Shown here: positions 41,796 through 52,032 of the stretch, one piece after another | Numbering within the stretch: the stretch's first letter is position 1 | Layout of the letters: each line of letters opens with the position of its first letter | Source: Acidobacteriota bacterium | GTDB lineage: Bacteria; Acidobacteriota; Thermoanaerobaculia; Gp7-AA8 | Assembly: GCA_019244185.1 (NCBI GenBank) | Contig: JAFATB010000022.1 | Span: 160,001 to 224,000, forward strand | DNA length: 64,000 nucleotides | Direction of reading: 5' to 3' | The notes under the pieces: model-generated | What the model saw: the letters and a program-made list of their open reading frames with translations, nothing else | What the model was told of the DNA's origin: nothing | The model's database searches: none | Translations under genes and position numbers: made by a program

Positions 41796-44489
41796 ATGGT
41801 GAAGGTGCGAAGTATGAGAAGAGCCAAGCGAATCCTGCTGATTGCCGGCATGCTCGTGCTGTCCGTAGGTGCGGCCGACGCAAAGCTGTGGGGTTCGAAG
41901 AAGCCGCAGCCGCAGTCCGCGCGTGAGTCGGCGCCTGCCGTCGCGTCGATGACGCTCACGGGCGTCGAGGTCGACGGCTCGCGCGTCACGCTGCGCACGT
42001 CCGGCGCTCCCGCGTACACTTCGTACAGTCCGTCGCCCGGCGTGTTCATCGTCGACCTCACCGGTGTGAGCCGCGATGCCGCCGCCGTCGTTCCCGCGAA
42101 CCTTCCTCCCGCCGTCGTGGCCATCTCCGCCGACGACGTCGTCGAGATGGGCAACCGTCTCACGCGCATCACCTTCCATCTCTCCGAGAACCTTCATCCC
42201 GAGGCTGTCGCGGCCGACAACGCGGTGGTGATCACCGTTCCGGCAACCGCGATTGCCATCGGGAATGCAGAAACCCCTGCCGTCCAGCAGGAAGTGCTGC
42301 CGGCCGTCGTTCCGGCCGCGCCGGCTCCCGAGCCGGTGGCCGTAGCCGCGACGGAAGAACCGGCCGCGCCAGCGACCGGCGTCGAGCCGCTGCCGGGTCC
42401 CGCGGTCGAAGTGAGCGAGCCGGTCGCGCACGCGGAAGAGATTCCGCTGCCGCGCGCGCGGAACGTCCGCGGCATCGACGCGCAGGCGCGCGGCGGCGCC
42501 GTCGAAGTGCGGATCACCGCCGATGGCACGATGAAGTACAAGGCGTTCCGCCTCGAGAATCCATCGCGTCTCGTGATCGATCTCGACGGCGTGAAGAACG
42601 GCGTCGCGAAGAGCGCGGTCGCCGTCGATGATGACGTCGTCAAGCGCGTGCGCGTCGGCCAGTTCCAGGCCGCGCCGCCGGTGGCGCGCGTCGTCATCGA
42701 TCTCGCGCACCGTACCGAATACTCACTCCGCGAAGATGGCGACGCGCTGCTGGTGAACTTCGGCGGCAACGCGGTCGCGGAAGCGCCTCCTGTTGAAACG
42801 CATGTCGCAGAAACCCCGGCGGTCGAAACGCCGGTGAAGACGGAGCCAGTCGCGCCGGCACCCGCCGCGAGCACGGTGTCGGTCGTCGCGCAGACGCCCG
42901 CGCCGCCCACGCCCGCACGCGTGGAAGCGCCGGCGCCGAAGCCGGCCGTCGAAACGGCCGCCTCGAAGACAACGACCGCCGCTCCCGCAACCGACATTCC
43001 GTCGCAGGTTCCGACCGTCGCCGATGACGCCGCGACGTGGAAGATGCCGGCGAAGCGCGAGCCTGTCTCGAAGGGCGCTCGCTCGCGCATCACCGCACCG
43101 CGTCCGCAGGCTCCACCGGCGACGCCGCCGACCGGCAGCGCCGAAGACGTGTTCGACGAGACGCCGCCGCAGCAGCAGACGACCGCGATGCAGCAGCAGC
43201 CGTTGCCGCAGGTGCAGACCGGCACGGGCTCCGCCGCGCAGACGCTCTCCGGCACGCGCACGCTGAGCAACGGCCCGCGCGTCTTCACCGGCGAGCCGAT
43301 GTCGATGAACCTCAAGGATGCCGATCTCAAAGACGTCATCCGCACGTTCGCCGACCTCACGGGCCTCAACATCGCCGTCGACCCGGGCATCACCGGCTCG
43401 GTCACCGTCAACTTCACGGACGTGCCGTGGGATCAGGCGCTCGATCTGATCCTCCGCCAGAACAACCTCACGTTCACGCTCGAAGGCAACGTGATGCGCA
43501 TCGGCACGATCGAGCGCCTCGCCAACGAGACCGCGGCCTCGCGCCGGCTCGCCGAGGAAGAGCGCCTCAACGTGCCGCTGACGACGCTCAGCTTCAAACT
43601 GTCGTACGCGCGTGCGACGGAAGTCGCGGCGCTGCTGCAACAGATCGCCTCGCAGCGCGCGCACATCATCACCGACCAGCGCACGAACCAGCTGATCATC
43701 AGCGAGATCCCGCAGTACCTGCGCACGATGCAGAACCTCATCACCACCGTCGACATCCCGACGCGTCAGGTGACGATCGAGGCGCGCATCGTGGAGAGCT
43801 CGCGCGCGTTCTCGCAGGCGTGGGGCTTCGACTGGGGCTTCAACGGCAACCTCGATCCGGCCCTCGGCACGGGCACGGGTCTCGTGTTCCCGAACCGCAT
43901 CGGCTTCACCGGCGGACCGTTCTCCTTCACCGGCAACGCGCCTCCGGTGCTCGACCTGCACCTCCACGACGTCCTCGGCGCGTTCAATCTCGACTTCGCG
44001 CTCAACGCCGCGGAATCGCAGGGTTACGCGAAGGTCATCTCCGCGCCGCGCGTGACGACGCAGGACAACCAGGCCGCGGAAATCCAGAGCGGCTTCCAGA
44101 TTCCGTATCAGACGCGCATCAACTTCACGACCACGGTGCAGTACCTCGACGCGACGCTGCGGTTGTCGGTGACGCCGCAGATCACCGAGGCGGGCACCGT
44201 GATCATGGACATCGCGGTGCAGAAGAACGAGCCGCTCACCGGTCTCACGATCGAGGGCGCGGCCGGCACGCCGCTGACCACGCGCCAGGCGCGCACGCGC
44301 CTCATGGTGCGCGACGGCGGCACGGCGGTCATCGCCGGCATCTTCGAGACCACGGATAATCACGCGCAGACGCGGCTGCCGGTCGTGTCCCAGATCCCCG
44401 TGATCGGGAACCTGTTCCGGACGCACAACACGCAGACGTCGCACGACGAGTTGCTGATCTTCATCACGCCGCGCATCGTCAGAGGGTGA
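41796..44489 (+). CDS. pilQ: type IV pilus secretin PilQ with AMIN domains
   Basis: AMIN motifs (PSRLVIDL), VPWDQALD, QVTIEARIVE, IPVIGNLF, ELLIFITPRI; start after SD GGAGG. Confidence 0.93.
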   Translation: MVKVRSMRRAKRILLIAGMLVLSVGAADAKLWGSKKPQPQSARESAPAVASMTLTGVEVDGSRVTLRTSGAPAYTSYSPSPGVFIVDLTGVSRDAAAVVPANLPPAVVAISADDVVEMGNRLTRITFHLSENLHPEAVAADNAVVITVPATAIAIGNAETPAVQQEVLPAVVPAAPAPEPVAVAATEEPAAPATGVEPLPGPAVEVSEPVAHAEEIPLPRARNVRGIDAQARGGAVEVRITADGTMKYKAFRLENPSRLVIDLDGVKNGVAKSAVAVDDDVVKRVRVGQFQAAPPVARVVIDLAHRTEYSLREDGDALLVNFGGNAVAEAPPVETHVAETPAVETPVKTEPVAPAPAASTVSVVAQTPAPPTPARVEAPAPKPAVETAASKTTTAAPATDIPSQVPTVADDAATWKMPAKREPVSKGARSRITAPRPQAPPATPPTGSAEDVFDETPPQQQTTAMQQQPLPQVQTGTGSAAQTLSGTRTLSNGPRVFTGEPMSMNLKDADLKDVIRTFADLTGLNIAVDPGITGSVTVNFTDVPWDQALDLILRQNNLTFTLEGNVMRIGTIERLANETAASRRLAEEERLNVPLTTLSFKLSYARATEVAALLQQIASQRAHIITDQRTNQLIISEIPQYLRTMQNLITTVDIPTRQVTIEARIVESSRAFSQAWGFDWGFNGNLDPALGTGTGLVFPNRIGFTGGPFSFTGNAPPVLDLHLHDVLGAFNLDFALNAAESQGYAKVISAPRVTTQDNQAAEIQSGFQIPYQTRINFTTTVQYLDATLRLSVTPQITEAGTVIMDIAVQKNEPLTGLTIEGAAGTPLTTRQARTRLMVRDGGTAVIAGIFETTDNHAQTRLPVVSQIPVIGNLFRTHNTQTSHDELLIFITPRIVRG

Positions 44490-44506
44490 CGCGGGGGAGG
44501 GGCGGT

Positions 44507-45079
44507 ATGAGAAGCAGACGGAAACTGATGATTGCGGGAGCGGCGTTGCTCGCCGCACTGGCGAGTGCGAGCTGCAGCAGCGAGCTCACGAACAACTCCG
44601 CTCCGGTGGAGCTGGTGGTGACGAACACGCAGAACCTCTCGCAGATCGATCTCTTCGGCGGCTCGCGCTGCGGCGAGAACGTCGGCACGATCAACGTGCG
44701 CGTGCTTCCCAAGAACGACGCCGCCACGGGCACGTTCACGCAGGTGCGCATCACGCGCTACAGCGTTTCGTACCAGCGGACCGACGGCGGCACGCTCGTG
44801 CCGGCGCCGTTCGTCCGCTCCACCGACGCGCTGATCGACGTCGGCGGCACCGGCAGCAACCTGTCCGATTTTCTCGTCGTGCAGGGCGACGCGCTGCTGC
44901 AGGCGCCGTTCGCCGCTCTGCTTCCGAACAACGGCGGACGCGATCCGGAGACGGGACGTCCCGTGGTCACGATGGACGTCATCGTCCAGGTATTCGGCCA
45001 GACGCTGGGAGGCGAGAACGTCTACGACGCGACGCGCTTCCCGCTCGACTTCTGCTACGACTGCGGAGGCTGCAGCTAG
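44507..45079 (+). CDS. lipoprotein of unknown function downstream of pilQ
   Basis: Signal peptide with lipobox ASASC; SD GGGAGG; C-terminal FCYDCGGC. Confidence 0.75.
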   Translation: MRSRRKLMIAGAALLAALASASCSSELTNNSAPVELVVTNTQNLSQIDLFGGSRCGENVGTINVRVLPKNDAATGTFTQVRITRYSVSYQRTDGGTLVPAPFVRSTDALIDVGGTGSNLSDFLVVQGDALLQAPFAALLPNNGGRDPETGRPVVTMDVIVQVFGQTLGGENVYDATRFPLDFCYDCGGCS

Positions 45080-45130
45080 CGACTCGCGTCGCACGCGGTG
45101 AGAGTGGTGTGGACCTACGGGGGTTTTGAC

Positions 45131-47167
45131 ATGAGAACGATCAGACAGCGCAGCTACTGGGTCGCCTTGATGGCGCTCCTCTTCCTCTTCGCCGCGTGCA
45201 AAGGGGAGTCGCCGACCGCGCCGCCCGCGACCGGAACGGGCAACACCGGCGGCACGGGCACGACGCCTCCGACGAACGTCTCGCTCTCACTGACTACGTC
45301 GAATGCGAATCCGCTCGTCGATTCCGACAGCGTGATCACGGCGACAGTGACGCAGAACGGCCAGCCCGTACCGAACGGTACGGCGGTCGAGTTCGTGACG
45401 AACAACGGCGTCTTCAAGGACGTCAACGGCACGTCGACGATCCGCACCACCACGAACGGCGTGGCCACGGTCACGCTGACCGCGACCACCGCCACGACCG
45501 CGCACGTCGTGGCGACGGTGAACAACGTCTCCCGCTCGGTCGACGTCACGTTCTCGATCCAGCCCACCACGCCGCCGCCCGCGAATACGGCGCCGACGAT
45601 CAGCTCCATCACGCCGAACGTGCTGCTGCCGTCCGGCGGCCAGACCATCCACATCGTCGGCACGAACTTCACCGCGCCGCTGCGCGTGCTGTTCGACGTC
45701 GGCCGCCCGCTGCCGGTCGAAGGCTCGATCGTGGGGTCGACGGCCACGACCATCGACGTGCTCACGCCCGCCGTCGACCTCGGCGCGGGACAACAGCTCA
45801 ACGCAACCGTCAAAGTCATCACGCAGGCCGGCACCGCCGCGGAACAGTCCTCGAACACGGCGCCGGTGACGTTCCAGAACGCGGTGCTCACGCCGGTCGT
45901 CTACACGGCCACGCCGAACTCGGGTCCGATCGACGGCGGCACGCGCGTGACGATCGTCGGCGAAGGGTTCCAGTCGCCCGTGCAGGTGCTCTTCGGCACC
46001 GCGGAGGCGCGCGTTCTCGACGTGAAGTTCTCACAGCTCCTCGTCGAGGCGCCCGCGGCACGCGACACGAGCTCGAACGGCGGCAGCGCGGTGACGGGAC
46101 CGGTCAACATCACCGTCATCAACATGAACGCCAATCAGAGTTCCACGCTCACGAACGGCTTCAGCTACAAGAACAAGATGCAGATCACGACGGTGCGGCC
46201 CGCGAGCGGACCTGCCACCGGCGGCACGGAAGTGACGATCGACGGCACCGGCTTCAATCAGCCGCTGCAGGTGACCATCGGCGGCCTGCTCGCGACGATC
46301 ATCAACGTCTCCGGCTCCGAGATCATCGTGCGCACGCCGGCGATTCCGATCCCGTGTCAGAACCTCCCCGCGCAGATCTTCGTGACGAACACGGATAACG
46401 GCGACAACGACGTCTACGGCGACGCGCCGAACGAAACGGGCTTCACGTTCCTCGCCGTCAATCCGGCCATCGTCTCGACGAGCGCTCCGGTGCATCCGGG
46501 CGACAACCTGACGGTCGTCGTCAACAACCCGGGCGTCGGTCCTCTCGGAACGGCGAGCATTCGCTTCACGCTCAACGGCGGCACGCTGCTGCCGAGCCCC
46601 GCGACGATCAACACCGGCACCGGCGCGCAGACGTTCACCGTCGCGGTGCCGACGACCGGCTTCACATTCCCGACCATCAACTGCACGACCGGCGGCAATC
46701 CGGGCACGCAGCTCGGACCGCTCGACGTGCCGCTCGTGTTCCAGAACGCCACGACCGGCTGCACCGACACCGTGACCGTGCGCATCCTGCCGCCGGATCC
46801 GAATCCGTGCGTGCAGGCGCCCGCGGTTGCGACCGTGACGAATCCGTCCACGACGTCGTGCCCGGGGCTCAACTTCGGCGACGTGCCGCAGGCGAGCGGC
46901 AGCTCGACGCAGAACATCACCATCACGAACACCGCTCCCTCCGGCGCGCAGAACCTCACCATCACCGGCGGCAACGTGACGAGCGGCGGCGCCGACTTCT
47001 CGATCCTCACCCCGTTCCCGGTCACCATTCCGCCGGGCACCTCGGGTGACATCACGGTGCAGTTCGATCCGAGCGCCACGGGCACGCGCACCGGCAACGT
47101 GCGTCTCACGACGAACGATCCGACGCATCCCGAGATCAACGTCTGCGTCAGCGGCAACGGTACCTAG
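45131..47167 (+). CDS. Ig-like multidomain lipoprotein (Big_1, IPT/TIG, ASPM-SPD-2-Hydin-like)
   Basis: Lipobox FAAC; PVPNGTAVEF (Big_1); PNSGPIDGGTRVTIVGEGF-type IPT repeats; C-terminal FG.V...FDPSATG...NDP. Confidence 0.85.
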   Translation: MRTIRQRSYWVALMALLFLFAACKGESPTAPPATGTGNTGGTGTTPPTNVSLSLTTSNANPLVDSDSVITATVTQNGQPVPNGTAVEFVTNNGVFKDVNGTSTIRTTTNGVATVTLTATTATTAHVVATVNNVSRSVDVTFSIQPTTPPPANTAPTISSITPNVLLPSGGQTIHIVGTNFTAPLRVLFDVGRPLPVEGSIVGSTATTIDVLTPAVDLGAGQQLNATVKVITQAGTAAEQSSNTAPVTFQNAVLTPVVYTATPNSGPIDGGTRVTIVGEGFQSPVQVLFGTAEARVLDVKFSQLLVEAPAARDTSSNGGSAVTGPVNITVINMNANQSSTLTNGFSYKNKMQITTVRPASGPATGGTEVTIDGTGFNQPLQVTIGGLLATIINVSGSEIIVRTPAIPIPCQNLPAQIFVTNTDNGDNDVYGDAPNETGFTFLAVNPAIVSTSAPVHPGDNLTVVVNNPGVGPLGTASIRFTLNGGTLLPSPATINTGTGAQTFTVAVPTTGFTFPTINCTTGGNPGTQLGPLDVPLVFQNATTGCTDTVTVRILPPDPNPCVQAPAVATVTNPSTTSCPGLNFGDVPQASGSSTQNITITNTAPSGAQNLTITGGNVTSGGADFSILTPFPVTIPPGTSGDITVQFDPSATGTRTGNVRLTTNDPTHPEINVCVSGNGT

Positions 47168-47194
47168 TCCTCAGTTTCGAACCCGACATTCAGG

Positions 47195-47223
47195 GATGAC
47201 CGCCCCCACGGGGCGGTCATCTT
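47195..47223 (+). terminator. hairpin ending the pil operon
   Basis: GATGACCGCCCC-CAC-GGGGCGGTCATC followed by TT. Confidence 0.65.
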
Positions 47224-47263
47224 GTCTCCGGCGCTGTTTCACGCAAGAATTCGACGCTACGCC

Positions 47264-48403
47264 ATGGCCCAACCCGCAACGAGCCCGAAAATCGAAGAGC
47301 TCCGGTTCCGTCTGAAGACGGATCCGAAGAGCCGGCTCTTTTATCCGCTGGCTGAAGAGCTGCGGAAGGCGGGACACGTCACCGAAGCCGAGCAGGTGTT
47401 GCGCGGCGGCCTCGAGGTGCACGCGACGTATCTCTCCGCGTGGGTGAGCCTCGGCCGCGTGCTTCGCGATCAGAAGAAAGACAGCGAGGCGGTCGACGTG
47501 CTGACGCGCGCGCTGCAGCTCGATCCCGGCAACGTCGTCGCGGCGCGTCTTCTCGCCGACGCGTATCTCGCGCTCGGCGACAAGCTCGAGGCGATCAAAA
47601 AGTACAAGCTCGTCTACGCGCTCATGCCTGCCGACGAGTCGCTGCAGGCGACCATCGCGCAACTCGACCGCGACCTCGCACCGCCGCTGCCGATCGCACC
47701 CGCGCCGGAACCAGAAGCCGAACCCGAGCCGGAGCCGCTAGCTACGAATTCCATCGAAGAAACGGTCGAGACGCCGAGTCCCGCCGCGGCAAGTGCACCA
47801 ATCGAAGAGGAGTCGCCGTTCGATCGCACGATGCCGCCGTTCGAAGAAGCGGCGCGTGCGTTTGCGGAAGAGCAGCGCACCGGCGTCGAGACCGGCGACT
47901 TCGAGCCGATGGCGCGCGCCCACGACGACAGCCCGTTCGAAGAGCCGGTCGATGGATTCACCGGCGCGACGATGTCGATCGAAGCGCCGCTCGGCATGCA
48001 CATCGCCGCGGCACCGCTCGCCGCCGAAGTGCCGGCGCCGGTGACCTTCGAAGAGGACCTGCCGCAGGTCGAGAGCGCGGTCATTGCGCCGGAGCCGCCG
48101 ACGGAAGAAGCGGATGTGTTCGAGCCCGCCGATCCGGTGCCCACGCGCGAAGCCGAACACGTCGTGAACACGATCACGATGGCGGACCTCTACGCGCGAC
48201 AGGGACTGCTCGACGACGCGCGGCACATCTACGAGACGATTCTCGCGCGCGATCCCGCCAACGAAAGCGTGCGCGCAAAGCTGCAGGCGTTGCACGCGCC
48301 CGCGGCGGAGCCTGCGCCGGTTTTAGAAGCCGCGAACCCGAAGATCGAGCGCCTCGAGCGCTGGCTCGCCAAAGTCTCGAGACGCGAGGTGAATGGTGTT
48401 TAG
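47264..48403 (+). CDS. TPR protein with acidic Pro-rich linker
   Basis: N-terminal TPRs (FYPLAEELRKAG), disordered middle, C-terminal TITMADLYARQG TPR. Confidence 0.82.
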   Translation: MAQPATSPKIEELRFRLKTDPKSRLFYPLAEELRKAGHVTEAEQVLRGGLEVHATYLSAWVSLGRVLRDQKKDSEAVDVLTRALQLDPGNVVAARLLADAYLALGDKLEAIKKYKLVYALMPADESLQATIAQLDRDLAPPLPIAPAPEPEAEPEPEPLATNSIEETVETPSPAAASAPIEEESPFDRTMPPFEEAARAFAEEQRTGVETGDFEPMARAHDDSPFEEPVDGFTGATMSIEAPLGMHIAAAPLAAEVPAPVTFEEDLPQVESAVIAPEPPTEEADVFEPADPVPTREAEHVVNTITMADLYARQGLLDDARHIYETILARDPANESVRAKLQALHAPAAEPAPVLEAANPKIERLERWLAKVSRREVNGV

Positions 48404-48749
48404 AGAGGTCCTCACCGGCCTTCGCGACCGTATCGAAGGGACGCTCGCCGTCAGTCTCATCGGTCTCGACGGCATTGCCGTCGAAACCATCGGAGGCGGC
48501 GACGTTCCGCTCGACGTCCTCGGCGCGGAGTTCGGCAGTTTCATCAAGTCGATCCGCCACGCGAACACGGAGCTCGACACGGGCGACGTCGTGCAGTTCT
48601 CCCTGGTCACGGAGAAATACGTTACCTTTCTCTCCGCCGTCACGCCCGAGTACTACATTCTTCTCGTCCTGCGTCCCGATGGAAACTATGGGCGCGCGCG
48701 CTTCGAGCTGTCGAAGGCGAAGCATCTGCTTCGCGACGAGTTGATCTGA
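48393..48749 (+). CDS. roadblock/LC7 domain protein (MglC-like)
   Basis: [17 protein letters not shown] motifs; 118 aa; context pilQ...accB-accC. Confidence 0.8.
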   Translation: MVFREVLTGLRDRIEGTLAVSLIGLDGIAVETIGGGDVPLDVLGAEFGSFIKSIRHANTELDTGDVVQFSLVTEKYVTFLSAVTPEYYILLVLRPDGNYGRARFELSKAKHLLRDELI

Positions 48750-48762
48750 GAGGAAGCGAAAC

Positions 48763-49245
48763 TTGAATTTCAAAGAGATTCTCGAGCTCATCGACAAGGT
48801 CGCGGAAAGCGGCATCGGCGCCGTCGAAGTCGAACAGGCCGGCACGAAGGTGCGCATCGAGGGCAAGAAGTCCGAGCCGCAGCACGTCTTCGTCACCGGC
48901 AGCGCCGAGAAAACGGAGACGCCGCTGCTCGTTCCATCCGGTGCCGTCGCGACACAGTCTGCCGCGGAAGCGCAAGCGGCGACGAAGAGGGAAGCCGCGC
49001 CGCCGTCGGGCCACGTCATCACCTCGCCGATCGTCGGGACGTTCTATCGCTCGCCGAATCCCGAAGCGGGACCGTTCGTCAACGTCGGCGACCGCGTCTC
49101 GAAGGGACAGGTGCTCTGCATCATCGAGGCGATGAAACTGATGAACGAGATCGAGTCCGACGTCGACGGCGTGATCGCCGAGATCTATCCGCAGAGCGGG
49201 CAACCCGTCGAGTACGGCGAGCCGCTGTTCTCCCTGAAGGTCTGA
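48763..49245 (+). CDS. accB: acetyl-CoA carboxylase biotin carboxyl carrier protein
   Basis: [17 protein letters not shown]. Confidence 0.96.
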   Translation: MNFKEILELIDKVAESGIGAVEVEQAGTKVRIEGKKSEPQHVFVTGSAEKTETPLLVPSGAVATQSAAEAQAATKREAAPPSGHVITSPIVGTFYRSPNPEAGPFVNVGDRVSKGQVLCIIEAMKLMNEIESDVDGVIAEIYPQSGQPVEYGEPLFSLKV

Positions 49246-49252
49246 CGCCGCG

Positions 49253-50587
49253 ATGTTCTCCAAAGTCCTCATCGCCAACCGCGGCGAGATCGCCCTTCGC
49301 GTCATTGCCGCATGCAAGGAGATGGGTCTCAAGACCGTCGCCGTGCATTCGGAAGCCGACCGCGACTCGCTGCACGTGCGCTACGCCGACGACGACGTCT
49401 GCATCGGCCCCGCCGCGTCGAAGCAGAGCTATCTCTCCATCTCCAGCATCATCGCCGCCGCCGAAATCACCGGCGCCGACGCGATCCATCCCGGCTACGG
49501 CTTCCTCTCCGAGAACCCGCACTTCGCCGAGATCGTGAACGAGTGCGGCCTCACGTTCATCGGGCCGCCCGCGGAAGCGATCCGCCTCATGGGCGACAAG
49601 GCCCGCGCTCGTGAGACCGCGAAGAACGCGGGCGTGCCGATCATCCCCGGCAGCGAAGGCTCGATGAAGACGGCCGACGAAGCCGCGGAGGTCGCCAATG
49701 CGATCGGCTATCCGGTGATCCTCAAGGCGGCGGCGGGCGGCGGCGGACGCGGCATGCGCATCTGCTGGGATCCGTCCGAACTGCATCGCCAGTACGAAAC
49801 CGCACGCAACGAGGCCGAGCGGGCGTTCGGCAGCGGTGAGGTGTATCTCGAAAAGTATCTCGAACGTCCGCGTCACATCGAGATCCAGGTCTTCGCCGAC
49901 AACTTCGGACGCGTGGTCGCCCTCGGCGAACGCGAATGCTCGATCCAGCGCCGCCATCAGAAGCTGATCGAGGAGTCGCCGTCGCCGGCGCTCACCGACG
50001 AGCTGCGCAAGCGCATGGGCGACGCGGCCATCCGTCTCTGCCAGGCGGTGAACTACGTCAACGCCGGCACGATCGAGTTCCTCTTCCAGGACGGCGAGTT
50101 CTATTTCATGGAGATGAACACGCGCATCCAGGTCGAGCATCCGGTGACCGAGGAAGTGACGGGGATCGATCTCGTGAAAGAGCAGATCCGCGTCGCGGCG
50201 GGCGAGCGGCTGACGGTGCCGGAAGGGGAGTTCCGGCTGCGCGGGCACGCGATGGAGTTCCGCGTAAACGCGGAGGATCCGGTGACGTTCGCGCCGAACC
50301 CCGGCAAGATTCGCGAGCTGCATCTGCCCGGCGGTCCCGGCGTGCGCGTCGACACGCACATCTATCGCGACTACGTCGTGCCGCCGCACTACGACTCGCT
50401 TCTGGCGAAGCTCGTCGTGCGCGGCAAGGATCGTCTCGATACGATCGCGCGCGGCCGGCGCGCGCTGGAGCAGTTCGTGGTCGAGGGCGTGAAGACGACG
50501 ATCCCGCTCCATCGCGCGATCCTCAACAACGAGCAGTTCATCCGCGGCGACATCTCCACGCGCTTCATGGACAACTTCTCGCTGTGA
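49253..50587 (+). CDS. accC: biotin carboxylase
   Basis: [35 protein letters not shown]. Confidence 0.96.
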   Translation: MFSKVLIANRGEIALRVIAACKEMGLKTVAVHSEADRDSLHVRYADDDVCIGPAASKQSYLSISSIIAAAEITGADAIHPGYGFLSENPHFAEIVNECGLTFIGPPAEAIRLMGDKARARETAKNAGVPIIPGSEGSMKTADEAAEVANAIGYPVILKAAAGGGGRGMRICWDPSELHRQYETARNEAERAFGSGEVYLEKYLERPRHIEIQVFADNFGRVVALGERECSIQRRHQKLIEESPSPALTDELRKRMGDAAIRLCQAVNYVNAGTIEFLFQDGEFYFMEMNTRIQVEHPVTEEVTGIDLVKEQIRVAAGERLTVPEGEFRLRGHAMEFRVNAEDPVTFAPNPGKIRELHLPGGPGVRVDTHIYRDYVVPPHYDSLLAKLVVRGKDRLDTIARGRRALEQFVVEGVKTTIPLHRAILNNEQFIRGDISTRFMDNFSL

Positions 50588-50612
50588 GGCGTACCCTCGT
50601 CGGCACTCCTCC

Positions 50613-51149
50613 ATGAAAATCTATCTGGTCGGCTTCATGGGCTCGGGCAAGACCACCGTCGGCCGTGAGCTCGCCGCCCGGATCGACGCGCCCTTCTTCG
50701 ATCTCGACGATCTGATCGAGTCTTCGGAGAGAATGTCCGTCCGGGAAATCTTCGCGATGCATGGAGAGCCGTACTTCCGCAAACGCGAGCGCGACCTGCT
50801 GCGCTCGACGAAGCACCTCGACGCCGCGGTGATCGCAACGGGCGGCGGCACGTTCACGTTCGACGAGAACATCCAGTTCATTCAGGCGGAAGGGTTGTCC
50901 GTCTATCTCTCCGCGCCGTACGCGCTGCTGCGCGCGCGCATCGGCGACAAGGCCGACCGCCCGCTGTTCCGCGACGACGTCTCCGCGCACGAGCTGTACG
51001 CGAACCGCATCCGCTACTACCGCATGTCCGATCTCACGATCGAGGTCCGCGAGGAGGAAACGCCCGCGGAGATCGTCGAGCGGCTCGTGCTCGAGCTGCC
51101 GAAGAGCGTGCTCGAATCGGCGAAGCGCTCCGCGTGGAGGCGCGCGTGA
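50613..51149 (+). CDS. aroK: shikimate kinase
   Basis: GFMGSGKTT, GE.YFR..E, ATGGG. Confidence 0.93.
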   Translation: MKIYLVGFMGSGKTTVGRELAARIDAPFFDLDDLIESSERMSVREIFAMHGEPYFRKRERDLLRSTKHLDAAVIATGGGTFTFDENIQFIQAEGLSVYLSAPYALLRARIGDKADRPLFRDDVSAHELYANRIRYYRMSDLTIEVREEETPAEIVERLVLELPKSVLESAKRSAWRRA

Positions 51150-51886
51150 GAGCGCTCGTCGTCTCCGACCTGCATGCGAACGCCGAGGCGCTGCGCGCGG
51201 TGCTCGGACGCGTGCGCCGCAAGAAGTTCGACACCGTGATCTGCCTGGGCGATTTCGTCGGCTACGGCGCGCAGCCGAATCAGATCCTCGACACGATGCG
51301 CACGATGCACGGCCGCAAGGTGTACGTGCGCGGTAATCACGACCGCGTCGCGGCCGGACTCGACGACGCGAACGGCTTCAATCACGCCGCGAAGGCCGCG
51401 GCGCTGTGGACGCGCGAGCATCTCTCGCCGGTGAATCGCCGCTTCCTGCGCGATCTCACGGTCGGCCCCGTGCTCCATCGCAGCGTCATGCTCTGCCACG
51501 GCTCGCCGTACGACGAGGACGAGTACGTCTTCAACGTGCATCACGCGGCGCAGGTGCTGTCGCTCTTCAACGCGCCGTTCATCCTCTTCGGGCACACGCA
51601 TCTGCCGGCGGTGTTCTCGATCGACACGGACTACAACGTCCGCGGCTTCGCCGTGAAAACGGACGCGACGGTGCGACTCGAGGAAGGCCGCCGCTATCTC
51701 ATCAACCCGGGATCGGTCGGGCAGCCGCGCGACCGGAATCCCGCGGCGTCGTTTGTCCTTTTCGATTCTGAGAAACGCACGGCGCAGTTCTTCCGCGTGC
51801 CGTACGACGTCAGCAAGACGCAGGCGTCGATCCGCAAGGCCGGCCTTCCCGATGTGCTCGCGCAGCGCCTGCTGTACGGGACGTAG
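51146..51886 (+). CDS. metallophosphoesterase (YfcE/PrpA-like)
   Basis: SDLHAN, GDFVGYG, GNHD, GHTH, NPGSVGQPRD. Confidence 0.9.
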   Translation: MRALVVSDLHANAEALRAVLGRVRRKKFDTVICLGDFVGYGAQPNQILDTMRTMHGRKVYVRGNHDRVAAGLDDANGFNHAAKAAALWTREHLSPVNRRFLRDLTVGPVLHRSVMLCHGSPYDEDEYVFNVHHAAQVLSLFNAPFILFGHTHLPAVFSIDTDYNVRGFAVKTDATVRLEEGRRYLINPGSVGQPRDRNPAASFVLFDSEKRTAQFFRVPYDVSKTQASIRKAGLPDVLAQRLLYGT

Positions 51887-52032
51887 CCGATTCAGGACGC
51901 GGGTTCTCCGATCGAGGACACGCGTCCTCCGTCCGCGCGAGCTAAGTTGCTGAGAACACACGCGGAATACTCTGCTGTAGCGTGGCATGTCGGCCGCACT
52001 TCGGTGCGCCCGGAATCAGGAGAGGTCCCTCA

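Noticed and set aside
51894-51935. Two degenerate 21-bp direct repeats after the metallophosphoesterase
   Set aside because: Only two imperfect copies; no function can be supported
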